Below, one piece after another: positions 17,118-28,031 of a stretch of DNA of 64,000 bases (its first letter is position 1; every line of letters begins with the position of its first letter). The translations under genes were made by a program, and so were the position numbers. This DNA is from Candidatus Sulfomarinibacteraceae bacterium (lineage in GTDB: Bacteria > Acidobacteriota > Thermoanaerobaculia > Thermoanaerobaculales > Sulfomarinibacteraceae): positions 8,702 through 72,701 of the forward strand of contig CAVQQV010000034.1 of the NCBI GenBank assembly GCA_963714885.1, in the 5' to 3' direction. Under the pieces are notes generated by a model that had not been told where the DNA came from, did no database searches, and worked only from the letters and a program-made list of their open reading frames with translations.

Positions 17118-19545
17118 TCAGGTCACGCAGTCCACGGTGACCGTGGTGCCGACGGGTGCGTAGGGCAGGAGAGTCCCCTGGATGGCCTCCCCGTTGACGG
17201 CCAGCCGGGGTTCCGGATGCCGGAGGGAGTTGGTGACCCGGATGACGTAGGTGGCGCCGCGACATTTTCGGGTGACCGTGAAGCCCGGGATCTCGGGACC
17301 GATGCAGGGCGACACCCGCAGCCCTTCGAACTCGGGGCGGACTCCAAGCATGTGGTGCGCGATGGCGACGTAGTTCCAGGCAGCGGTGCCGGTGAGCCAC
17401 GAGTTCTTGGCCTCGCCGTGGCGGATGGCGTCCTTCCCGGCGACCATCTGTGAATAGACGTAGGGCTCGGTGCGGTGGACGTCCGACATCTCCTCCAGGT
17501 AGGCCGGTGCGAGCTTCTTGTAGTATTCGAAAGCCCGGTCGCCGCGGCCGACCCGGGTCTCCGCGATCATGATCCACGGGTTGTTGTGGCAGAAGATGCC
17601 CGCGTTCTCCTTGTAGCCGGGCGGGTAGGATGAGATCTCACCGAGTTCAACGTGGTAGCGCGAGTAGGCCGGCTGGTTGAGCACGATGCCGTAGCCGGAG
17701 TCGAGGTGCTCCTTGACCGCGTCGAGGGCGCGCAACGCTTTGCCGTCGTCGACGCCGATGCCCGCCATCACGCAGTAGCCCTGGCTTTCGATGAAGATCC
17801 GGCCTTCCTCGCACTCGCGGCTGCCGACCTTGTTGCCGAAGAAGTCGTAGGCGCGAAGGAACCACTCGCCGTCCCAGCCGTGGTCGAGAACGGCACGCTC
17901 CATGTCCTGGGCGTGGATCAGGGCGGCGGCGGACTCGTCCGAAAATCCCATGTGGTCCGCCAGCGCCGCGTAGTCGGGAGCGACGTGAACGAACTGGCCG
18001 GCGATGAACAGCGACTCGGCGGTGCGGCCCTCGCGGTTGGCGGTCGTCTGGTAGGGCTCGTCGGGCGCCTCCGAGAAGCAGTTGAGGTTGAGGCAGTCGT
18101 TCCAGTCGGCGCGACCGATGAGCGGCAGCCCGTGCGGGCCGAGGTTGGACAGGGTGAAGTGAAAGGACCGCTTCAGGTGCTCGAAGAGGGAGGCGCTGTC
18201 GTCGGGGTTGTTGTCGAAGGGAACGTCCTCCTCGAGTATCGCGAAGTCGCCGGTCTCCTTGATGTAGGCGGCGACCCCCGCGATCAGCCACAGCGGGTCG
18301 TCGTTGAAGCCGGAGCCGATGTCGTGGTTGCCCTTTTTGGTCAATGGCTGGTACTGGTGGTAGGCGCTGCCGTCAGCGAACTGGGTCGAGGCGATGTCGA
18401 TGATCCGCTGGCGAGCGCGCTCGGGGACGAGATGGACAAACCCGAGCAGGTCCTGATTGGAGTCGCGGAAACCCATGCCGCGGCCGATGCCGCTCTCGAA
18501 GTAGGACGCGCTGCGCGACATGTTGAAGGTGACCATGCACTGGTAGGGGTTCCAGATGTTGACCATCCGGTCGAGCCGTTCGTCCGGCGACGCCAGTGTG
18601 TAGGTGCCGAGCATCTCCGACCAGTAGTCGCGGAGTTCGGCGACCGCATCCGCCACCTGCTGCGGACTGTCGAAGCGAGCCATCAGCGCTCGCGCTCGCT
18701 CCTTGTTGACCACCCCCGGGCTCTCCCACTTGCGGTCGACCGGGTTCTCGACATAACCGAGAACGAAAACGAACTGCCGGCTTTCCCCGGGTGCGAGCGA
18801 GACTTCCAGACAGTGTGAGCCGACCGGCGCCCAGCCACTCGCCACGGAGTTGCGGGGCGATCCCTCGAGCACGGCCTCGGGCTCGTGAAAACCGTTGTAC
18901 AGCCCCAGGAAGGTCTCGCGGTCGGTGTCGAAGCCGGCGACCGGCGCGTTGACGCCAAACACCGCGAAGTGGTTGCGGCGCTCCCGGTACTCGGTCTTGT
19001 GGATGATGAGGCTGCCGTCCACCTCCACCTCTCCGGTCGAGAAGTTGCGCTGGAAGTTGGTCTGGTCGTCCCACGCGTTCCAAAGGCAGAACTCGACGAA
19101 CGAAAAGAGCTTCAACTCTTTCGTGTGGACGGACGTGTTGGTCAAGGTCAGCTGCTGGATTTCCGCGGTCTCGCCGAGTGGCACGACAAAGAGCATTTCC
19201 GCGGTCACTCCGTTGCGGGCGCCGGTGATTCGGGTGGTGCCGAGGCCGTGCCTGCACTGGTAGCGTTGCGAGCTCCGACTTCATCGGCATCCAGGACGGC
19301 GTCCACACATCATCGCCGTCGCGGATGTAGAGATACCGGCCGCCCGCGTCGGCCGGGACGTTGTTGTAGCGATAGCGGAGGATGCGGCGGAAGCGGGCGT
19401 CGCGATAGAAGCAGTAGCCGCCGGCGGTGTGCGAGATCAGCGAGAAGAAGTCTTCTGTTCCCAGGTAGTTGATCCACGGGTACGGGGTCCGAGGCGTCTC
19501 GATGACGTACTCCCGGGTACCGTCGTCGAAGTGTCCGAAACGCAT
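17118..19545 (-). pseudogene. GH94 cellobiose / N,N'-diacetylchitobiose phosphorylase, one frame change
   Basis: The N-terminus [92 protein letters not shown] (track ORF 18373..19545) matches the GH94 N-terminus as I remember it. It continues in track ORF 17118..19208 frame as [39 protein letters not shown]... The junction is GAGCTCGCA[A]CGCTAC at ~19266. Confidence 0.85.
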
Positions 19546-19631
19546 GGCAGCCTCCGCGCGGAGCCTAACACGGTCTTCGAGGGGAGGGGTCGCCGGTCGA
19601 CAACTTGCGGGGTGACCGGCAGAATAATCGT

Positions 19632-20954
19632 ATGAAACACCTCGTCACGCCGTTTCTGGTCGCTTTACTGCTCTCCGGCTGTGCGGGAGCCCCCGAAGAC
19701 GACCGGTCCTTCATTCGCGTCGAGGACACCGGCTTCATCCGCAACGGTCGGCCCTACACGTTCCTGGGCGCCAACCTGTGGTACGGCTGCAATCTCGGGT
19801 CGCTCGCCGAGGGCGGGGACCGGGAGCGCCTGCTCCGCGAGCTCGATCTGCTGCGGTCGTTGGGCATCGACAACCTGCGGGTGCTCGGCGCGTCGGAGGG
19901 GCTGACCCAGCGCAACACCGTGCGGCCGCCGCTGCAGCCGGAAACGGGGGTATATGACGAGCAGCTGCTCGATGGTCTCGACTTCCTGCTCGCCGAGATG
20001 GCACGGCGCGACATGGTGGCGGTGGTGTACCTCAACAACTACTGGGTGTGGTCCGGCGGCATGTCGCAGTACGTCTCGTGGTTCGACGCTGAGCCGGTGC
20101 CGAACCCGTTCCTCGAGCAGTACTCGTGGCCCGATTTCATGGAGTTCTCGGCCCGGTTCTACACCCACGCCGATGCCAACGCTGCGTACCGCCGTTACAT
20201 CGAGATGCTGGTCAATCGTGAAAACGCGCTCACCGGCGTTCGTTATCGGGACGACCCCACCATCATGGCCTGGCAGCTGGGCAACGAACCCAGACCCGGG
20301 GAGGGGGAATCGGGCCGGCGGAACTTCGACGTCTTCACCACGTGGGTCGGCGAGACCGCGGCATTCATCCGCTCACTCGACCCCAACCATCTGATTTCGA
20401 CGGGCAACGAAGGGCTCAAGGGCTGCATCGAATCGGCCGAGACCTACCTTGACATCCACCGTTTTGAAACGATCGACTACATGACCGTCCACCTGTGGAT
20501 TCTCAACTGGAGCTGGTACGATCCGCTCGAGCCGGAGGCGACCTATCCCGGGGCGGAGAAGCAAGCCATAGACTACCTCGACCAGCACATCGCCTTTGCC
20601 GAGGAGCTCGGCAAGCCCCTGGTATTGGAGGAGTTCGGTATCCCGAGGGACATGCACTCGTTCTCACCGGACTCAACAACGGAGTACCGGGATCGTTACG
20701 TCGCGCGGATATTCGAGCACGTTCGCGACAACGCCGCGTCGGGCGGGCCGTTCGCGGGCAGCAACTTCTGGACCTGGGGCGGTTATGGGCGCACCCGTGA
20801 CCCCGCGGAGGCCGTCTGGCGGCGGGGCGACGACTTCACCGGCGATCCGCCCCAGGAACCCCAGGGTCGCAACTCGGTGTTTGCGACCGACACCTCGACG
20901 CTGTCGGTCCTCGAGGAATACGCCGGCCGGATGCGGGCGATGGATCTGCGGTGA
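19632..20954 (+). CDS. GH5 lipoprotein, mannan endo-1,4-beta-mannosidase-like
   Basis: ATG 19632. Lipobox [44 protein letters not shown], and the catalytic-acid region [10 protein letters not shown]. Confidence 0.75.
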   Translation: MKHLVTPFLVALLLSGCAGAPEDDRSFIRVEDTGFIRNGRPYTFLGANLWYGCNLGSLAEGGDRERLLRELDLLRSLGIDNLRVLGASEGLTQRNTVRPPLQPETGVYDEQLLDGLDFLLAEMARRDMVAVVYLNNYWVWSGGMSQYVSWFDAEPVPNPFLEQYSWPDFMEFSARFYTHADANAAYRRYIEMLVNRENALTGVRYRDDPTIMAWQLGNEPRPGEGESGRRNFDVFTTWVGETAAFIRSLDPNHLISTGNEGLKGCIESAETYLDIHRFETIDYMTVHLWILNWSWYDPLEPEATYPGAEKQAIDYLDQHIAFAEELGKPLVLEEFGIPRDMHSFSPDSTTEYRDRYVARIFEHVRDNAASGGPFAGSNFWTWGGYGRTRDPAEAVWRRGDDFTGDPPQEPQGRNSVFATDTSTLSVLEEYAGRMRAMDLR

Positions 20955-22159
20955 AACGGCGTTATCGGCTTTCGCTGGTCTGCTGCCTCGTCGTTTCGTT
21001 GGCGGGTGTCGCCGAGGCCCAGTTCCTGGAAGCCTTTGAGGATCAGGACCTGCAGGTTGACCCGGCCGGCATCGACGGTTGGTCCTTTTTTTCCGGTGAC
21101 GGTCAAACGACAATCGACTTCATGGCCACCGGACGGGGCTACGCTTCGATCCGCGTTGACGCGACCCGCGACCGCCGCAACGTCTGGTGGGCGCTGATCA
21201 AACACAGGGTCTCGCAGGACTTGGACCTGGAGCGGCTCTCCCGACCGGGTTGGGAGCTCCGGGTCGAGGCGAGGATCCGTTCCAGTCACGGCCCCCGGCG
21301 GGTCAACCTGCACGTGAACACCCAGCGCACAACGGACTTCCACAGCCACCTCATGGAGTACGACATTCCCAAAGCCGGCATCTGGTACACCATCAGCATG
21401 ACCACCCGTGACTTTCTGCTCGAGCCGGGCGACACGGTCTTCGCTCAGATGGCGCTGATGGACTGGGGGCACGATCGCTATGACCTCGATGTCGACTACT
21501 TCAAGGTCGATGTGGTGGAGGCGGAGCGTGCGGGACCTGATGTCGGTGAGCCGCTGCCCTACCACCCGCCGATCCCGGATCCCGGCAGTTTCGAGATCGC
21601 GATGCAGGCGGCCGACGCTGCGGTCGTCGACCTCGCCAATCCGGATGTCAATCTCGGCGAATGGTCGGTGCTCGACGGCGGCAACCGAACCCGGGTGCTG
21701 ACGGTCGGCGGCACGATGTGGGTGATCCTTCGCTGGGACCTGGAGGCGTTTCGAGGGCCGACGGGTGGTGGTCATGGCCTCCTCCAGCTGACCACGCATT
21801 CGGTGCAACGAAATGCCGAACGAGATCAAGGACTTCGGTCTCCTCCGCGTGGTGGAGATCTCGGGCGGCGATTCCGCGTGGCGGAGAGACACGGTGACGC
21901 TCGACGGGACTCCTCCAGGGAGAAATCGATCGACCGAGGTCTTCAACCCGCAGATGATCATCGATTGGCCGGTGAGCGAGGGCGCGGGCGCCACGACCTC
22001 GCTCACGATCTCGCGACCGGTGCTGCAGCGACTGGTGGACGGCACCACCCCGGCCTCGCCCTCACGCCGCTGGGGTCGATCGTCGCGTCCTTCTCGACCC
22101 GGGAGGGCGACGCACCTCGTCTGCTCTTCAACATCGAGAACCGACCCGGAGGTGAGTGA
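20951..22159 (+). pseudogene. Secreted protein with C-terminal DNRLRE/CBM-like domain, two frame changes
   Basis: GTG 20951 overlaps the GH5 stop. Signal peptide LVCCLVVSLAGVAEA. After ..HGLLQLTTHSVQRN the sensible reading moves to the frame of track ORF 21813 (..IKDFGLLRVVEISGGDSAWRRDTVTLDGTPPG..SLTISRPVLQRLVDGTT). It returns at ~22050 to GLALTPLGSIVASFSTREGDAPRLLFNIE. Junctions are at ~21810 and ~22048-22053. Confidence 0.5.
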
Positions 22160-23002
22160 TGCGTTCGACCATCTTCAGCCTGGTTCTGCTCACGGCAATC
22201 GGGGTGGGTGCGCAGACGGCGTCCGACGAGGCGGCGGTGGAGATCGCTTCGGGCCGGTCATGGCTTCATCGCGACGCCGGTCTTCACGGCAGCGGAGGAC
22301 CGGGAGCTTCTCGCAGCTCTTCGAGGGCCTCAGGGTGGCCGACGTCTCCGACGGCATGGACGCGGTGGGGCTCCACAATGTGGGGCTGATGGACCCGGCG
22401 ATCCATCCGCTGTGGAAGGACGTCGAGACCTACCGCCACCGGTTCGTGGGGATCGCCGTTACGGCTCGCTACGTGCCGACCAACCGCCCGCCGGCCGGGA
22501 AGCAGATCGTCGACGACTTCGACGCATGGGTCGGGGACTGGTACACCAAGCTCTCACCTGAACCCTTCGACGTGCTGCTCCGACCGGGGACCGCACTGGT
22601 CATCGACGACGCCGAGCGGGGTCGACGTGGGATCGATCGGCTCCTACAACATTCTCGCCTGGAAGCAGCGCGGGATGGTCGGTGTGGTGACCGACGCCAC
22701 CGCCCGCGACACCGACGAGATCGAGACCGAGGGGGTGCCGCTCTACTTCCGCGGCGTCGGCCGCGGGATCAGACCGGGCCGCAACGAGATCGAGTCGGTC
22801 AACCGTCCGGTGGTCTGCGGCGGCGTGCTGGTGATTCCGGGCGATGTCGTGGTGGCCGATGGCGATGGCGTCGTCGTGGTGCCGCGGGCCGTCGCCGCGG
22901 AGGTGGCCCGCTACGCCCGGACGATCCTCGACGGCGACAAGGCAGGGCCGGCGCGAGCTCTACCGCGAGCTCGGGCTGCCGGCGGACCCGTCGGTGGAGT
23001 GA
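22159..23002 (+). pseudogene. RraA-family (RraA/HMG-aldolase-like) protein with signal peptide, four frame changes
   Basis: Segments read in frame order 1>2>0>1>2: MMRSTIFSLVLLTAIGVGAQ..EIASGR / HGFIATPVFTAAEDRELL / QLFEGLRVADVSDGMDAVGLHNVGLMDPAIHPLW..ALVIDDAE / GVDVGSIGSYNILAWKQRGMVGVVTDATARDTDEIETEGVPLYFRG..VVVADGDGVVVVPRAV..ILDGDKAG / RRELYRELGLPADPSVE*. Junctions are at ~22258, ~22312, ~22618 and ~22948. Confidence 0.6.
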
Positions 23003-23013
23003 GGCGGTCGGTG

Positions 23014-23779
23014 ATGAAGATCGACCTCTCGGGTCACGTGTGCGTCGTGACCGGTGCCAGCGGCGAGTTGGGAAGGGTCATCTCCCGAACCCTCGGGGGT
23101 GCCGGTGCGGCGGTGGCGCTCCACTTACTACAGAGGTGAGGAGCGGGCGGCCGGCCTGCTCGAGGAGTTGCGAGTCGCAGGGAGTCACGGCGATGGCGGT
23201 GCAGGCCGACGTGACCGAGATGGCCTCGGTCGAGGCTATGCGCGACGCGATCAACGTGGAGCTCGGCCCGGCCGACATCATCGTCGACAATGCGGTCGTC
23301 CAGTACGACTGGGTGCCGGTCCTCGACCAGCCACTCGAGCGATTTCGAGAGTCAGTTCCGCTCCTGCGTCCTGCACAACGTCCACCTGGTCAAGGCCTTT
23401 GCCCCGGCCATGGTCGGCTTCGGGGTGGGGCCGGGTGATCGGCATCAACACCGAGTGCGCCATGCAGTGCCACGAGACCCAGGCGGCGTATGCCAGCGCC
23501 AAACGCGGGATGGATGGCTTGTATCGCGTGCTGGCCCGTGAGCTCGGCCCGAACGGGATCACCGTCAACCAGGTGGCGCCGGGCTGGATGATCTCCGACG
23601 CCCACCGTGCGGCGGGGACGGAGAAGCAGCCGGACTACGAGGCGACGGTCCCCTTGCGTCGGCGGGGCGTCGATCAGGACGTCGCGAATGCGGTCGCCTT
23701 TCTCGCCTCCGACCTCGCCGGGTTCATCACCGGCGCCTTCATCCCGGTGTGCGGCGGTAACGTCATGCCGGCGATATAG
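23014..23779 (+). pseudogene. Short-chain dehydrogenase/reductase (SDR), four frame changes
   Basis: Segments in frame order 1>2>0>1>2: MKIDLSGHVCVVTGASGELGRVISRTLGGAGAAVALH / YYRGEERAAGLLEEL / ESQGVTAMAVQADVTEMASVEAMRDAINVELGPADIIVDNAVV.. / DFESQFRSCVLHNVHLVKAFAPAMV / ASGWGRVIGINTECAM..AAYASAKRGMDGLYRVLARELGPNGITVNQVAPGW...FITGAFIPVCGGNVMPAI*. This gives the TGxxGxxG, Y-x-x-x-K and PG motifs. Junctions are at ~23125, ~23171, ~23340 and ~23416. Confidence 0.7.
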
Positions 23780-23852
23780 CTGCGTGAATTCGGACTTTCC
23801 GCCCACCAAACCGGGAAACGATGAAGGTCGGCCGCGAGTCGATGGTCTCGAG

Positions 23853-24844
23853 TCAGGCGGGGAAGGAACGTCGCCAGTCGGCGATGATCCGGTCCATCGT
23901 GCGGTCGAGCTCGTGATCGACCGTCTGGCGCGTGGAATCGGCGTCATGCCAGGCGATGATCTCCTCGGCGCCCGCTGAAAACGGGATCGTCGCCTCGAAG
24001 TCGGGGACGAAGCGCTTGATCTTGGAGTTGTCGAAGATCTTGCTGTGGGTCTTGTCACCCAAGAAGGCTCTCCCCCCACGCCGGGTCGTAGCGGCGGATG
24101 ATGTCTGACGGAACGTGAACGATCTCTGCGCTGGCGCCGGCGGCCCGCGCCAGGGTGCGGTTGATCCGGTCCCAGGTCAGCCACTCGTCGGAGGTGATGT
24201 GGAAGGCCTCGCCGACCGCGTCGTCGCGACCCAGCAGCCCGACGAAACCCCTCGCGAAGTCACGGTGGTGGGTCAGCGTCCACACGCTGGAGCCGTCGCC
24301 GTGGACCACGACCGGCTTCCCGCGGCGCATCCGCTCGATCACCGTCCAGCCGCCGCGCGGGGGCGACAGGGTGCAGTCGTAGGTGTGGGACGGCCGGACG
24401 ATGGTGCACGGGAAGCGGTCCTCACGGAAGGCGCGCATGAGCCTTGCCTCGCACGCGATCTTGTCCCTCGAGTACTGCCAGATCGGGTTTTCGAGGGGTG
24501 TCTACTCGGTCACCGGGAGACTGTCCGGTGGCGTTTGGTAGGCCGAAGCCGAGCTGATAAAGATGTACTGGGCGGTCCGTCCGACGAAACAGGGCGAGGT
24601 CGATCTCCACATGCTCCGGCGTGAAGGCCACCCAGTCGACGACGGCGTCGAACTCGAGCTTTCCGATCGCCTGCCGGGCCGTCTCCGGGTCGCGAATATC
24701 GGCCGGGAGCCGTGTGACGCTGTCGGGGATCGGCCGCGCGCTCCGCCCCCTGTTGAGCACGAAAAGCTCGATCCCGCGCTCCACTGCGAGGCGGGTGCAT
24801 GCCGAGCTGATGATCCCGGTGCCACCGACGAACAGTACCCGCAT
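23853..24844 (-). pseudogene. NAD-dependent epimerase/dehydratase family protein, two frame changes plus an in-frame TAG
   Basis: ATG 24844 is preceded by GGAGGAGGAAG. The sequence reads MRVLFVGGTGIISSACTRLAVERGIELFVLNRG (GxxGxxG)...EIDLALFR / GRTAQYIFISSASAYQTPPDSLPVTE[TAG]TPLENPIWQYSRDKIACEARLMRAFREDRFPCTIVRPSHTYD...YDPAWGESLL / GDKTHSKIFDNSKIKRFVPDFEATIPF...IADWRRSFPA*. Junctions are at ~24585 and ~24060, and the amber codon is at 24502-24504. Confidence 0.7.
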
Positions 24845-24860
24845 GTAGTGCTTCCTCCTC

Positions 24861-26804
24861 CTACCAGGAGTCCGTGCGGAAGGGCGAAGCGGGAAGACCT
24901 TCCGAGTTGTAGAGATTGGCCCCGTCGGGGTTGTCGGACCAGGCGTAGCGCACCGCGACCGGCTCGGGCACGTCGTCGCACCGCACCACCACCCGGTCGC
25001 CCTCGATGGCCGCCTCCGCCCACACGAAGTGCCGATCCTCTCCGGCGACGGCAAACCGCGCCAGCTTCCCGTCGCTCCTGTCCCTGTGCCACCAGCCCGC
25101 CGCCGACGTGGTCGAATTCGATGATGACGCGGCCGTCGCGCACCTCGTGTCCGCGGTACGAGGGACCGGAGACGACCAGCTTCTCACCGTAGGCGACCCG
25201 GCGCGCCGCCAACGCCAGACGACGGCCCACCTCCTGCTTGTTGCGCGGGTGGATGTCGTCGGCCTCGCCGATGTCGATGATGACCGCCTGGGCGGTCCGG
25301 GGGAGCGCCAGCGCTGCGGACTGCGACTCGCGGAGCATGGCCCAGCTGCTGTCGCCGGGCTCGTCGGCCGTCGCCATGTAGTTGGCGAGCTGCACCCACA
25401 GGAAGGGCAGGTCGCCGCGGCCCCACCGCGCACGCCAGTCGGTGATCATGGCGGTGAAGAGGTCGCGATACACGAAGGCACCCTCGACGTCGGCGTTGGA
25501 CTCGCCCTGGTACCAGAGGAAGCCGGCCACCGGGAAGGGCAGCAGGGGGTGCACCATCTTGTTGTAGAGCATGGTCGGCACCTGGTTCTTGCGCGCGTCG
25601 GGGTTGACCGTGACCAGCCCGAGGCCGATCTTCCAGAGCCCGGCGAGCGGCCGTTTGACCCCCGTTGCCTCGACAAAGAGCAGTTCGGGGTCACCCCAGA
25701 TGCCGCCTCCGCCGCCCGTGTCCTCGACCCGCACGGCGATCACGTTGCGGTCCTTCGCGCAAGCAGTCCGGCGGCACCTCGTAGATGCGCGGCCTGTTCC
25801 AGGCCAGGACCGTTCTCCCCACCTCGTGGCCGTTGACCCAGGTGGTGTCGGAGTCGTCGATGGTGCCGAGCCCGAGACGGACGCCCAGCTTCGCTTCGGC
25901 AGCGGTCAATTCGAATGCGGTGCGGAACCAGACGACGCCGTCCATCCCCTCGTAGCCCTGTTCCTCCCATCGCGAGGGGACCTCGAGCGTCAGCCAGCCG
26001 GTGTCGTCGAATTCGGGGCTCGCCCACACGGCGCGCCCGTCGACGAGACCCCGGTCGGAATCGGGCAGTCCGCCCGCAATCTTGCTGATCCGCTGCAGTA
26101 CCTCGCGCGCGTACGCATCCTCCGACACCAACAGCGCGCTCAGCTCGGTTCCGTCGATTCCGAGCGACTCGGCGCTCATCCACGGTTCGATACGGCTGCC
26201 GCCCCAGGTGGTGTTGACGAGGCCGACGGGCACCGAGGCGCGGCCGCGCAGCTCACGGGCGAAAAAGTATCCGACCGCTGTGAAATTTCCCACGTGCTCG
26301 GGGTCGGCGGGCTCCCAGGCACCGCCGTCGAGGGTGTCTTCAGGCTGTCGCCGCCCATGAGCGGGGCACCTTGAAGTGGCGGATTCCGGAATCGCCGGCG
26401 CCCTCGATTTCGATCGCCGCGTCCTTGGAGTCGGCCACCGTCCACTCCATGTTGGATTGGCCCGAGCACACCCACACGTCGCCGACCAGCACGTCGTCAA
26501 ACCGCCGGGTGACATCGCCGCTCGCCACCGTCATCTGATGGGGGCCGCCTGCGGGCAGTGCCCCGAAGTGCGCTCGCCATGTGCCGTCGGTGGCCGTCCG
26601 CACCGTCACAGTCTGGCCGGCCAGGGTCAACTTGATCTCGGCTCCGGGCTCCGCCGTGCCCCAGACGGGGATGGTGGCACCGCGCTGGAGGACCATGCGG
26701 TCGCCGAAGAGGAGGGAGGTCGTGAAATCGGTCGCGGCGGCCGACGAGATGGCCGTCAGGCACAGCAGGAGACTGAAACATCCGCCCATGGTCGAGACTT
26801 TCAT
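24861..26804 (-). pseudogene. Sialate-O-acetylesterase-like (SGNH/'DUF303') carbohydrate acetylesterase, three frame changes
   Basis: ATG 26804 overlaps the GH27 stop (ATGA). Signal peptide GGCFSLLLCLTAISSAAA. Motifs [93 protein letters not shown] and ..[18 protein letters not shown]. Frame order on the minus strand is 2>1>0>2, with junctions at ~26348, ~25758 and ~25089. Confidence 0.75.
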
Positions 26805-28030
26805 TGTTCCTCTGCCTCCAGCAAGCGATGCAATCTCACCATCAGCACGTCGTGGCCGGGCACCTCCGCGATCAGTGCCTGTCGGGTGGTCCCCATGTCG
26901 GCGTCGGACCACAGATCGCGCACCCGATAGAGACGGGCCTTGAAGAGGGTCTCCCTGCCGGAGTGTTCGTCGGCGACCAACTCGTCCTGCCACCTCAACC
27001 TGACCTGTCGCGGTAAAGCCTCCCGGTTGAGGATGCACATCGCCCAGTCCTCGCCACCCAAGGGCTTGAACCAGATCTCGAGACCGTCGCGCTCGGCGTA
27101 CTTGAAACCCTGGACACCGAGGGGGTCCTGGTCGACCTCGATCACCCGGCGGTTGGTGAGGACTCGTCGCGTCGCCTCGGACATCGTCCTCAGGTCGTTG
27201 CCGGCAATGAGCGGCGCCGCGAGCATCGCCCACATGGAGAAATGGGCACGGTCCTCGCTCTCACTCATACCGTTGCCGACCTCCATCATGTCGGGGTCGT
27301 TCCAGTGCCCGGGACCGGCGTGGACCCGCAAGCCGTCTTGCATGTCGAGGATCCGCATCACCCCCCACGACGACCAGTCGCCGTGGTCCACCTCGCAGTC
27401 AAAGCAGGCGGCGATGTCTCCGGTGGTGCGCCACATGTGGCCGATGCCCCCGCCCCATTCCCACGGCCGGTTGTTGCCCCACTCGCAGATGCTGAAAACC
27501 ATCGGCCGGCCTGCCGAGGCCAGGGCCGCACCCATGGTCTGGTAGGCGCCCTCGGCATTGAGGCCGTCGGTCGCGCACCAGTCGTACTTGAGATAATCGA
27601 TGCCCCAGCGTGCGTAGGTCAAGGCGTCGGAGTACTCGTGGCCACGGCCGCCGGGCCTGCCGGCGCAGGTGGTCCAACCGGCGTCCGAGTAGATGCCCAG
27701 CTTGAGGCCTTTCGAGTGAACGTAATCGGCAAGGGCCCTCATGCCCGAGGGAAAGCGTTCGGCATCAGGCTGAATGAAACCGTCGCCGTCGCGCTCGCCG
27801 TGCCAGCAGTCGTCGATGTTGATGTAGAGGTAGCCAGCTTCCCGCATCCCCGAAGAAACCATGGCGTCGGCGGTCTGCCGGATCAGCTCCTCGGTCACAT
27901 CGCACCCGAAGTGGTTCCAGCTGTTCCAGCCCATCGGCGGCGTCAGGGCCAGGTTCTCGAACTTCTGGGCACCGACGTTGGCCGCGGCGGTCACGACGAC
28001 AGCGGCGAAAAATATTGCCGTCTTCCTCAT
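26801..28030 (-). CDS. GH27 alpha-galactosidase
   Basis: ATG 28030 lies 1 nt after the GH130 stop and has GAGGTGAG upstream. Signal peptide. Motifs LTPPMGWNSWNHFGC, YLYINIDDCW, LKLGIYSDAG and GIDYLKYDWC are classic GH27. Confidence 0.9.
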   Translation of the reverse strand: MRKTAIFFAAVVVTAAANVGAQKFENLALTPPMGWNSWNHFGCDVTEELIRQTADAMVSSGMREAGYLYINIDDCWHGERDGDGFIQPDAERFPSGMRALADYVHSKGLKLGIYSDAGWTTCAGRPGGRGHEYSDALTYARWGIDYLKYDWCATDGLNAEGAYQTMGAALASAGRPMVFSICEWGNNRPWEWGGGIGHMWRTTGDIAACFDCEVDHGDWSSWGVMRILDMQDGLRVHAGPGHWNDPDMMEVGNGMSESEDRAHFSMWAMLAAPLIAGNDLRTMSEATRRVLTNRRVIEVDQDPLGVQGFKYAERDGLEIWFKPLGGEDWAMCILNREALPRQVRLRWQDELVADEHSGRETLFKARLYRVRDLWSDADMGTTRQALIAEVPGHDVLMVRLHRLLEAEEQ

Positions 28031-28031
28031 G

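Noticed and set aside
15832-18818. Long + strand ORFs 15832..17163 (443 aa) and 17652..18818 (388 aa)
   Set aside because: They are antisense to the SSS transporter and the GH94 phosphorylase, both of which have clear family motifs.
24502-24504. Possibility that the in-frame TAG is decoded as pyrrolysine, prompted by an MttB-family gene in the same window
   Set aside because: The MttB homologue itself has no in-frame TAG. No pylS/pylT/pylBCD genes are visible. An epimerase/dehydratase is not a known Pyl protein. A nonsense mutation or base error is far more likely.
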